Below, one piece after another: positions 17,084 through 25,431 of a stretch of DNA of 25,431 bases (positions are counted from its first letter, which is position 1; the number at the start of each line of letters is the position of its first letter). Both the position numbers and the translations under genes were made by a program. The stretch covers positions 1 through 25,431 of the IMG/VR virus record IMGVR_UViG_3300032329_000193; one strand, written 5' to 3'. The notes under the pieces are model-generated. The model made no database searches. It worked only from the letters and a program-made list of their open reading frames with translations, and was not told the DNA's origin. This stretch comes from a virus (Duplodnaviria > Caudoviricetes).

Positions 17084-20000
17084 GTGGCTCAGTTAGTCAA
17101 AACTCCTTGGGGGGAGCTGGAATTCCCCGATGACATGTCTCAAGAGCAGATGGAATCTGCTATTAAGAACACTAAAGAATTCCAAGCTCAATCGCCTCAA
17201 GCAGAAGCTGCTCAGCCAGCGCCTCAGCTGACTCAAGAGGATCAAGCCCCTCAACAGACAGTAGTTCAAGAGCCTCCACCTCCGACTAAGAGCTTGCTTA
17301 GCGATGAAGAGAGGAATGCCATAACAAGCGCTGGGCAAGAGGTTCCGATGCTGGAAGCCGAGAAGGGCTCCACTGGATTGCTTGGACTTGGAAAGTATTT
17401 TGCACGAGAAATCCCAGCTGGACTCATGGATATGGGGTCGGCAGTCCAAAAAGCTTTTGGATATAATGATCTAGATAATTTGAGGGTGCAGCAGAAAGCC
17501 CTCGAGTTCATTGATGACAGAAAGAAGAAGGGTCTAACCACAACTGACGAGGACATTGATAATTTCTATGCTGGGTACAAAAACACTCAGCAGGAAACAG
17601 CAGAGAGCATTCGTGCTGCCCTACCAGTCGATGAGTCCGTAAAGAAGTCCACTGCTGGACAAGTTACAAAGTTTGTTGCCGACACTGGCACAATGGTTGG
17701 AGCTGGCATCGCAACTGGGGGTGCCTCGGCAATCCCCACGAATGTTGGATTCCTAACGAAGTGGGCGTATGAGGATGCAAAAAGCAAGGGAGCAACAGAG
17801 CAAGCAGCTAGACAAGCTGCCTATGCATACGCTCCGCTTGCGCTCGTTCCTCAGACAGCCCTTACCGAATCGCTTGCTGCTAGATTTATTAAGCCACTAG
17901 CACCCTACGTTGGTAAGGGGCTCACACTTGGGCAGGCAAAGAATGAAATACTAAAGTCCGTTGGAAGAGGTGCGTTGCAAGGTGGGACAGTGATGGGCAT
18001 TCAACAGACTGAGCTAAATGCCCTCATGCGAATGATGGACATTGATCCAGATAGACCACTGACAGAGGGAGTTGCTAACTCAATAGGCATAGGTGCGCTA
18101 GGTAGTGGTCTAATTTCTGGAACTGGTACGGCATTTAACGCTGGAGCGACTATGGCTAGTCCAGAGAACAAAGCCTATAACCTAGCCAACCGAGTCACTG
18201 AGCAAGCCAAGCAAGCCAACCTTAATACAGACGCTCTCCGCAGGGCAGCTGGAATTCCAGATGGATCGACTGTCGAAAAGATGAGCACCAAGTATGCTCA
18301 AAACGAAGCTGGTCAGAATTCCACTGAAATCACCTACATCACGCCAGAGGGAAGGCGCATCACGCTGAAGGTTACTGGAGATAGCACTCCTACAGTCACC
18401 GCCAATCCTCTTCTTCTCGAAGCTCCGAAGCCACAGACCAACACTGGGCAGGGTGAACCAGTGCCAGTCGGCACTCAGACAACTCAAAGAATCAATCGTG
18501 AGACACGTCAGATTGAGTCAACCGAAAGCCTAGTGAACGGCCCAGTTTTATTTACGCCCCCTCCCCTAAACGCTGGGGATAATGTGCGTCTTGACCTAAA
18601 GAGCCCAGTCGGTGGCAAGACCACGTTTATTGAGGGAGAGGTGCTGCCAGACAAGTCGGGAGTGAGGATCAGCTATATCCCAGACGAGCTTGCTGGAGAT
18701 ATTGCACAGCTTGAAGGCACCACCACAGCCACTGGCCAGCCGTCCAAGATGCCCAAGATTGGTGACGTGGTACCCATGAGCGTGGCCGAAAGGAACTTTA
18801 GGCTTGCTGGGTATAGGGCCGATTCAGCTTGGTACAGTAACATGGCTGAGCCTCGCAAAAACTTCCCGCAAACGCAGTCCACTCAGACAGATCAACCAGC
18901 AGAACGTCCAGTTACTCAAGCTCAGTCTAACGCTATAACTCTTGAGGCTGCCAAGCAGAGTAAGCTTCCTCAGCAAGCTCCAAAGGGACAGCCTTCTGCC
19001 CCCTACTTCCCTACCGCTCCAGACAGATCGCAAGCTGGCACGCCCCCAGTCGAGAAGAAGAAGGAACCAGCTTTCCCACGCAGGAAACCAGAGATTGGCA
19101 GGAAGAAAGCTGAGAAGGAGGGCAAGCCTTACTTCCCTTCTGCCCCAGATCGCATGCAATACTCCGAGCGTGGCGTACCCACGCAAGAGCAGAAGTCTTA
19201 CGCCTCAAGGATGGGGCAAGCACTGCTCACCGCTCTTCGCAGGATTGCACCCAAAGGCGCAGCCGAGTTGGAAATTTTCCTTGGCCCAAAGCCAGAGGGA
19301 TATTCTGACAATGCAGTGGCAGCCTACGATCCTCGCAGGGCGATGATATGGCTCTCAGATCGGATCGCCACATTCAAACAGCAAGTTGGTGAATTCACCC
19401 ACGAAGCTGGACACGTTTTCTGGGACACCATCCCCGATAACGTAAAGAGGGCTTTCGCCGAGCTATACGCAGCCGAGATGCGTACAAAGACTGGCCCTCT
19501 ATTCAATTCTAACGGCAACATAAAAGACGGAATCTCCCCACGTATTGCCTCTGGCCAACAGCTCGAAACATCAGTGGCTCCTTGGGACACAGTGGGTCTG
19601 CGTGAGTGGTTTGCTGAGCGCATCATGGTTGAGAATGCGGATTGGGCCATGGGTAAAGCCACGACTGAAGGAATTGTCGGGCGCACTGCTGGAGTATTTA
19701 GAGATGTTTTGAGGAGAATTAGCGGAGCACTCGGACAAGGCGATGCAATGAACAACGCCTTCAAGGACTGGGCAAATCTTGGCCCTAGATATGGAATCAA
19801 GCCAGAGCTTGGCGAGCCAGCGAGCCCGAATGTGGCCACACGCCTAGTTCCTCGTGGATCAGTTCAAGAATCAACAAGACAAAACAAGAGCGAGGAATAC
19901 GAAAGAATAGAAGAGGCAGCTGATAGCCAAAGAGGAAGGCCAGAGTCGGTGATGATGGACGTAACGATGAAGTTAAAAGAGGAAACGGCATCATCTCCTG

Positions 20001-23000
20001 TATTGATAGACTTGCTCGAGCATATTGGAGACCTCTCCAATAGAGCACAAAAAGAGAATGCTATTGGTAATGTGGATGAGAAGTTATATAAGGTTGAGAA
20101 ATACAAGAGTAATGGTTGGGGAACATTAAGGCAGGCAATCGAACAAGGATATAGGGAGAATGCTGAATACAGAGTTCTGAAGTCAGTACCAGAGCTAAAC
20201 GAGTTGCGGAATAAAGTTGGGCAGCCAGATGGGCCAAGGGGATTGTTCGAAGTTTACGAGAGAGTCAGAAATGAGCATGGCGACAAGATCAACGAGGAGA
20301 TTGAAAGATCAAAATTAGTCGCAAGGCAGGAGCTGCTGAAATACGTTGAAGCTCACGAGAAGTATAATAAGCCAGTAACAAAGCTAGGGATGCTCGGGAA
20401 GGAGGCTGCCATCGCACTTGGTAAGCAAGATTTTCCAAGACTAGAAGCTGTTGTTTCTGAAATGAGGAAGTGGGTTGACGAATATAATGTGTCAACCCAA
20501 CAGAAAAGAAGCGAGATGTTCACTGAATCTGCACAAGAATCCACTCGTGGGAAGGAAGAGGTAAAGGCCGAGCTTCCGAGGGGAGTTATTAATGATGCTG
20601 TAAAAATCGCCAAGGGGGAGCTTGAATCGGAAGACAGAAGGTTCCACGAAAACTTCTTTACTGATGTTTGGCCAAGAATAATAAAGGACTTGGGGCAGAA
20701 AACGCTTAAGCCAACTGCCTCTAATATAGAAAAGCTAACTGGCCAAGCCGTATCTGACGTGCTGTCCTTTGTCTCTAGGAATCCAGATTTCGCAAACTAT
20801 TACTCGAAAGATATTGTTCAAGTTGAGAAGTATCTCGAAAGGGCATTCCCAGAGGTGCGTGAAAACCCAGAGCTCAAGACGGCATTCAAAATGTTTGCTG
20901 CTCTCACGTCTCCAGACACATCCCTTGAATCCAACATGGGCGAAGCTACAGACGTGTTCTCTCTTTGGCTGAAAGATAGGAACCTTGACTCAATAAAGAT
21001 GGGCGAAAACGAGGGTGGCAAGCTAGTAATTACGGAAAGTCCATTCAGCCTACTTGGTTCTTCAAACGCAAATAAAGCAAGAGCTGTAAAGAATCTGGCG
21101 AAAATGATTAATGAGAATGGGGCAGCAAAGACAGCCGAGATTATGGCCAGCCCTAGGACGCAAAGGGAGCTAAACAAGCTTAGGGGAGAGCTTGGATATA
21201 AGTCTGGGATCAAGGGGCCAGCCACAAAACAAGTTGTGATGGAGGCGACTGGCCAAGACGTTCAGATACCATCAGCATACATATTCGGCCCAAAGGTGGG
21301 GTCGTACCTAATGAATTGGCTTGGTGATTCTAGGTTCACAACAATAGATATTTGGGAATCAAGATTTTCTAGGTCGTATTTCCCAGATTTTTTCAATAAA
21401 GTTGTCGGGGTAGACCCAAAGACCAAGGAGCCAATTTACAATACTGGACTATCGGAGGGTGAGGAGCGTGCGGTATTCGCCAACTTTGCAACAATCTTTA
21501 ATAAGAACTTTGAAAAAAGAACTGGATTAAAACTCCCTGCTAGCGCCCTTCAAGCGCTTAGGTGGTTTTACATAATTGACGCAACTGGCAACGCTGGTTA
21601 TAAAGGAGCACAATCAAATGAAGCAAGTTCGGAATACACAAGAAGAGCCCTCGTTAAACGAGACAGACTTAATGAGTCTGATAAGGAAGATTGGAGACGA
21701 GTCGCTAACGGAAGCGAAAAACCAATTCTTCTCCAACAATTCACAGGTGAAATCGCTTATCGAGAAGGGTCTGGCGAAGGACGAGCAGGAAGCCTCTCAG
21801 ATGCTCAAAGACTTTATGATGTAAGAGAACTGACTCCAGAGGAGTTCGTTCAGACGGCAAGCAAGAACAAGTCAGAAGCCAAATTTGGAACCTCGGTAGA
21901 CGTACTTAGCCCAGAGCAATACAAAGACTACGACCTAGTCCAAGCCTCGGTGGGTGGAGAGACTGCCACAGTGTCGGTATCAAAGAGCGGAGAGATTGGT
22001 TCTGTTACCAAATCCCAGAATGCGCCATCCACCCTTATTCGCACAGCGATGGACGCTGCCCTTCATTATCGTGGCGGGAAAGATATATGGCTTAATGGCT
22101 TCAACACAATTCTCCCAGAGCTGTATTCGGATTACGGATTTAGACCAGTAGCCAAGCTTAAGTTTAATGATGAGTATAGGCCAGAAGGATGGGACTATAA
22201 GGCTTACTCTAAGTACAACAATGGAAGGCCAGACGTTGTTTTCATGCGATATACTGGAGACTTCTCTGGGGACTATAAGGCCGAGCTTGAGAATGCTCCA
22301 TACAAGGAGTCCTATGAATCGGCATCAGAGTTGGCCAGCGGTAAGCCTCAAATGTCCGAGCGTGGTCAGCAAGAGTTCCGCAATAACTTCGATGACGATG
22401 CCTATACCAAGACCCTTGGTATGCATCCAGCCGAAGTGCACGAGATGGCTGGAGCAGTAGCCAACCTAGTGAATAGCGCTTATGAAGGGCGTGTAGACCC
22501 AGCTGCGTTACGAGTCAGCACTGGCAAGCTACGAAGGCTTCTGGTGGATAAGTTTGCCGACTTTAAGGATTTCAAGAAGCTTATCGAGAAGCGTGGTTCC
22601 CTGCTCCCAGAAAGCTCTGACTTCCACACGCAGGAACAGAACATGCATGGGATCATTGGTGCAAAGCTTGAAGCTTTATACGATGCTCACGAGACAATCA
22701 TCGGCACGCTAAAGGACTTGGGCCTCAACCAGACCATCGATGCTGTGGTTGGTGGGCAGAACGTGAACATGGGAATGATCGATCTGTACATGTATGCTCG
22801 TCATGCACCCGAGCGCAACGCTCGGATATTTAAGCTTAGCGAGGGGAAGAGCACGTTTGGCAGCGGAATGACAGACTCAGAGGCTGCCACGATCCTAGCC
22901 AAGCTATCCCCTTATGAAGCCAAGCTCTCGGCTGTGGCAAGAATGGTATATGACCTAAATAGGACAAAGCTCCGAATGATGGAGAATGCTGGCCTTATCT

Positions 23001-25210
23001 CTTCCGAAGCTCGGCAGGCAATCGAAACAAGATACCCGAACTACTGCCCCCTTATCGGGAAGGCTGGAGCCACAGAGGAAGAACAGTTCTCGCAGGACAC
23101 TGGGATTGGGGCTGGCATGACCATGATTGGAAGAGACATCAAGCCAGCTAAAGGACGATACACTGCGTCAGCAAACATATTGGCCAACGCATTCCACCTA
23201 CAGCAGAGGGCTGTGGTGCGTTCCGAGCGTAATATCACACTCAAGGCTTTGGCCAAGCTTGCTGGAGAGTTCACCGATAACGGACTTGTTGAGAAAGTGG
23301 TTGAGCTTAGGGCAAACGAAAACACGCTCACCCCAGAGATCGTTGTCTATAAAGAGAACGGCCAAACCAAGTATCTACGCCTGCTAGATGATGACCTCAT
23401 TAAATCATTTAAGCAGTCTAGGGGTCAGCTGGATCAGATATTCAGTTTCTTAGGGAGGGGCACAAGACTGATGGCATCAATGGCCACCACTTATAACCCT
23501 GCATTCGCAGTTCCCAACCTTGTCCGTGACTTTCAGACAGCCATTTTCAATATGAGCAGTACCGAGATCGCTGGACTGGAGAAAGATTTTGCACTCAAGA
23601 TGCCATCTGCAATGAAGGCTGTGTGGCACTCCGAAAGCCAAGCCTTTAGGAGCGGTAAGTGGAACAAGGTGGTGAGTCCTCAAGTGGCCGAGGCCATGAA
23701 GTACTATAAGGAATTTAGGGAAAACGGCGGTCAAATGATATTCATGGGACTGCGTGATGCTGAGTACTATCAGAAGAAAATGGATAGGCTCATGCCGAGA
23801 AATAGGAATGCAATCGAAGTGGCTGGCGAGGTTGGACAGAAGTTTATTCTTGGGCCATACAAAGAATTCCTTGAGCACATAAACTCAAGCCTAGAAAACG
23901 CCACCCGCTTGAGCGCATACATGACGGCTAGGGAGCGTGGCTTATCCCCCCAGAAGGCAGCCAACCTTTCACGCAACCTAACTGTGAACTTCACCCAAAG
24001 GGGGCAGCTCACAGCCCTTAATCAAATCTACATGTTCTTCAATGCCTCTCTCGCTGGCAGTGCTCGCATGGTTGAGACCATTTCATCTAGCCCTCGTGGA
24101 AGAGCTTTTGCGGGATCGATTGTGCTTGCTGGTTTCTTCCAGAGGCTTGCCTCTCGCTACCTATCTGATGAGGACGAGAATGGGATCAAGGAAGTGGATA
24201 AGGTGCCAGCCTACCAGCTCTCAACCAACATGGTGCAAGCCATTCCAAACGTGCCCAACTGGATTAAGATGCCCCTCGCCTACGGAGCGAATGTGTTCTG
24301 GTACTTGGGCACACAGATGGCAGACATGCTCCCGAGGGAATATGGGGGCATGGGCAAGAGTCCATTGAAGGCCACTGGCGAGTTCGTGAAGGCTGCTATG
24401 AATGCCTTCAATCCTATCGGAGGTGGAGCGGAGATAGTAAACTCCATAACCCCATCAGTTGCTCAGCCATTCGTTGACATCTCGATTAACAAGAACTTCG
24501 CTGGCCAGCCAATCTACCCAACGGATAATCCCTTTGACGCTTCTCCCGATCCATATGCGTTTAGGACTTGGAGTAATCCTAACCCAGCAATCGCAGGGAT
24601 AGTGCAATCGATAGCAAGGTTTAGCGGTGGCAATGAGATTCGCCCCAGCCTAGCCGAGGATGCGCTGAGCACATTTGGCATGGGTGCCTTCGCAAGCCCA
24701 GAGTCGGTTGAGTACTTGTTCAAGAGCGTATTCAGTGGCCCCTATTCAATCTATAACGACTTGTCTAAAACATTCCACGGCCTTTCCACCAGCCAAGGCA
24801 TCGACCCAAATAACCTCCCCATTGTTCGTAGGTTTATTGGCGCTCCCAGCGATAGGTCTGACAGCGTCTTGTTTAAGGAAGCTTGGCAGAATATCTCCAC
24901 AGCTAGGGATGAGCTGAAGCTCTATATGAAGAACGGAGATAGGAAGAATGCTGATCGAGTGAGAGCTGAGTATCCTGCCGAGCTCGCTTGCTATGACCAG
25001 TTCAGCCGAATCAACTACCAGCTCAAAAGCCTCCGCACCCAAGCCAAGTCCTACAAGAGCAAGGGCGACACCGAGGGAGAGCTTCGTGTGCAGAAGATGA
25101 TCCGAGAAACACAGACGCAAGCGCTTGGCCAGTACAAGAAGGCTGTTGATCGCATGGGTTCTAAGGCTGGAGATAAAGCATCAGACCAAGTAAAGAGCCT
25201 TTTCTATTGA
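17084..25210 (+). CDS. Large polyvalent internal virion protein, 2708 aa (zincin peptidase, HhH-GPD-like, GNAT-like and LPD38-like domains)
   Basis: GTG start; EFPDDMS N-terminal motif; Gly-rich hydrophobic segments; HEAGH...REWFAE; GPK-x17-D; LYSDYGF; C-terminal NLVRD, ENATRL, TVNFTQRG, MFFNAS, NKNFAGQPI and SPESVEY motifs typical of LPD38-containing proteins. Confidence 0.85.
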   Translation: MAQLVKTPWGELEFPDDMSQEQMESAIKNTKEFQAQSPQAEAAQPAPQLTQEDQAPQQTVVQEPPPPTKSLLSDEERNAITSAGQEVPMLEAEKGSTGLLGLGKYFAREIPAGLMDMGSAVQKAFGYNDLDNLRVQQKALEFIDDRKKKGLTTTDEDIDNFYAGYKNTQQETAESIRAALPVDESVKKSTAGQVTKFVADTGTMVGAGIATGGASAIPTNVGFLTKWAYEDAKSKGATEQAARQAAYAYAPLALVPQTALTESLAARFIKPLAPYVGKGLTLGQAKNEILKSVGRGALQGGTVMGIQQTELNALMRMMDIDPDRPLTEGVANSIGIGALGSGLISGTGTAFNAGATMASPENKAYNLANRVTEQAKQANLNTDALRRAAGIPDGSTVEKMSTKYAQNEAGQNSTEITYITPEGRRITLKVTGDSTPTVTANPLLLEAPKPQTNTGQGEPVPVGTQTTQRINRETRQIESTESLVNGPVLFTPPPLNAGDNVRLDLKSPVGGKTTFIEGEVLPDKSGVRISYIPDELAGDIAQLEGTTTATGQPSKMPKIGDVVPMSVAERNFRLAGYRADSAWYSNMAEPRKNFPQTQSTQTDQPAERPVTQAQSNAITLEAAKQSKLPQQAPKGQPSAPYFPTAPDRSQAGTPPVEKKKEPAFPRRKPEIGRKKAEKEGKPYFPSAPDRMQYSERGVPTQEQKSYASRMGQALLTALRRIAPKGAAELEIFLGPKPEGYSDNAVAAYDPRRAMIWLSDRIATFKQQVGEFTHEAGHVFWDTIPDNVKRAFAELYAAEMRTKTGPLFNSNGNIKDGISPRIASGQQLETSVAPWDTVGLREWFAERIMVENADWAMGKATTEGIVGRTAGVFRDVLRRISGALGQGDAMNNAFKDWANLGPRYGIKPELGEPASPNVATRLVPRGSVQESTRQNKSEEYERIEEAADSQRGRPESVMMDVTMKLKEETASSPVLIDLLEHIGDLSNRAQKENAIGNVDEKLYKVEKYKSNGWGTLRQAIEQGYRENAEYRVLKSVPELNELRNKVGQPDGPRGLFEVYERVRNEHGDKINEEIERSKLVARQELLKYVEAHEKYNKPVTKLGMLGKEAAIALGKQDFPRLEAVVSEMRKWVDEYNVSTQQKRSEMFTESAQESTRGKEEVKAELPRGVINDAVKIAKGELESEDRRFHENFFTDVWPRIIKDLGQKTLKPTASNIEKLTGQAVSDVLSFVSRNPDFANYYSKDIVQVEKYLERAFPEVRENPELKTAFKMFAALTSPDTSLESNMGEATDVFSLWLKDRNLDSIKMGENEGGKLVITESPFSLLGSSNANKARAVKNLAKMINENGAAKTAEIMASPRTQRELNKLRGELGYKSGIKGPATKQVVMEATGQDVQIPSAYIFGPKVGSYLMNWLGDSRFTTIDIWESRFSRSYFPDFFNKVVGVDPKTKEPIYNTGLSEGEERAVFANFATIFNKNFEKRTGLKLPASALQALRWFYIIDATGNAGYKGAQSNEASSEYTRRALVKRDRLNESDKEDWRRVANGSEKPILLQQFTGEIAYREGSGEGRAGSLSDAQRLYDVRELTPEEFVQTASKNKSEAKFGTSVDVLSPEQYKDYDLVQASVGGETATVSVSKSGEIGSVTKSQNAPSTLIRTAMDAALHYRGGKDIWLNGFNTILPELYSDYGFRPVAKLKFNDEYRPEGWDYKAYSKYNNGRPDVVFMRYTGDFSGDYKAELENAPYKESYESASELASGKPQMSERGQQEFRNNFDDDAYTKTLGMHPAEVHEMAGAVANLVNSAYEGRVDPAALRVSTGKLRRLLVDKFADFKDFKKLIEKRGSLLPESSDFHTQEQNMHGIIGAKLEALYDAHETIIGTLKDLGLNQTIDAVVGGQNVNMGMIDLYMYARHAPERNARIFKLSEGKSTFGSGMTDSEAATILAKLSPYEAKLSAVARMVYDLNRTKLRMMENAGLISSEARQAIETRYPNYCPLIGKAGATEEEQFSQDTGIGAGMTMIGRDIKPAKGRYTASANILANAFHLQQRAVVRSERNITLKALAKLAGEFTDNGLVEKVVELRANENTLTPEIVVYKENGQTKYLRLLDDDLIKSFKQSRGQLDQIFSFLGRGTRLMASMATTYNPAFAVPNLVRDFQTAIFNMSSTEIAGLEKDFALKMPSAMKAVWHSESQAFRSGKWNKVVSPQVAEAMKYYKEFRENGGQMIFMGLRDAEYYQKKMDRLMPRNRNAIEVAGEVGQKFILGPYKEFLEHINSSLENATRLSAYMTARERGLSPQKAANLSRNLTVNFTQRGQLTALNQIYMFFNASLAGSARMVETISSSPRGRAFAGSIVLAGFFQRLASRYLSDEDENGIKEVDKVPAYQLSTNMVQAIPNVPNWIKMPLAYGANVFWYLGTQMADMLPREYGGMGKSPLKATGEFVKAAMNAFNPIGGGAEIVNSITPSVAQPFVDISINKNFAGQPIYPTDNPFDASPDPYAFRTWSNPNPAIAGIVQSIARFSGGNEIRPSLAEDALSTFGMGAFASPESVEYLFKSVFSGPYSIYNDLSKTFHGLSTSQGIDPNNLPIVRRFIGAPSDRSDSVLFKEAWQNISTARDELKLYMKNGDRKNADRVRAEYPAELACYDQFSRINYQLKSLRTQAKSYKSKGDTEGELRVQKMIRETQTQALGQYKKAVDRMGSKAGDKASDQVKSLFY

Positions 25211-25242
25211 CCTTTGTGCGTAACAACGCATCCTAGTTACTT

Positions 25243-25431
25243 ATGGGATGGCTCGACAATACCATCGGAAGAGGCATCACGAAGAAGAAATCGCCTGCTA
25301 AAAAGCCAGTTGCCTCAGCCCCACAACCCAAGCCTGCGCCAATAGTTTTAGCCCCAGTTGCGGTTGACGCAGTGGAGCTACTCACCCAAGAAGGCATCGA
25401 TGCCATCATTGATTTTGAGGTGGGCGGTGGA
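25243..25431 (+). CDS. Probable muramidase-type endolysin, 5' part (truncated by window end; not in the ORF track)
   Basis: Own translation MGWLDNTIGRGITKKKSPAKKPVASAPQPKPAPIVLAPVAVDAVELLTQEGIDAIIDFEVGGG; TQEGIDAIIDFE matches the helix plus catalytic Glu of lysozyme-like (GH24/pesticin-type) enzymes. Confidence 0.6.
   Translation, partial: MGWLDNTIGRGITKKKSPAKKPVASAPQPKPAPIVLAPVAVDAVELLTQEGIDAIIDFEVGGG

Larger units (their letters stand above)
1..25431 (+). mobile_element. Tailed bacteriophage (podovirus-like) packaging, head, tail, ejection and lysis region
   Basis: Co-oriented, tightly packed terminase, portal, scaffold, capsid, adaptor, nozzle and internal-protein genes. No tape measure, tail tube or sheath gene. 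No host genes or att site visible. Confidence 0.95.

Noticed and set aside
25207-25234. TTGACC-N16-CATCCT possible promoter before the endolysin-like ORF
   Set aside because: Non-consensus -10 and overlap with the upstream stop codon; too weak to call.
1-25431. Stop-codon reassignment, introns or inteins, tRNA genes
   Set aside because: Long ORFs are intact in the standard code with TAA, TAG and TGA all used as stops; terL, portal and capsid are of normal length; no tRNA cloverleaf recognised in the few intergenic gaps.

Overview
The window is the virion morphogenesis arm of an uncultured-type tailed phage with podovirus-like architecture. All supported genes lie on the + strand in the standard genetic code. 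Order: palindrome-rich non-coding leader, terminase small and large subunits, small holin and overlapping spanin pair, portal, small conserved ORF, scaffold, N4-gp56-like major capsid protein, small head-associated ORFs including a likely head-spike base and BspA-type LRR fibre, XhlA-like membrane protein, tail fibre with RCC1/BLIP-II repeats, adaptor, nozzle, GNAT-like ORF, two internal (ejection) proteins, a 2708-aa polyvalent ejection protein, and the 5' part of a probable muramidase endolysin. The lipoprotein spanin implies a diderm host. The most notable items are: (i) the giant protein, built of cassettes (HExxH peptidase, unknown domain, HhH-GPD glycosylase-like, GNAT-like, LPD38-like) separated by a recurring Q-x-S-[ET]-R motif; (ii) a three-copy TAGGACA-N5-TGTCCNA palindrome around terS; (iii) apparent near-total avoidance of several restriction-type sites; (iv) an RcGTA-like head spike carrying an LRR payload. 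All family calls come from motif recognition by eye, not database searches.
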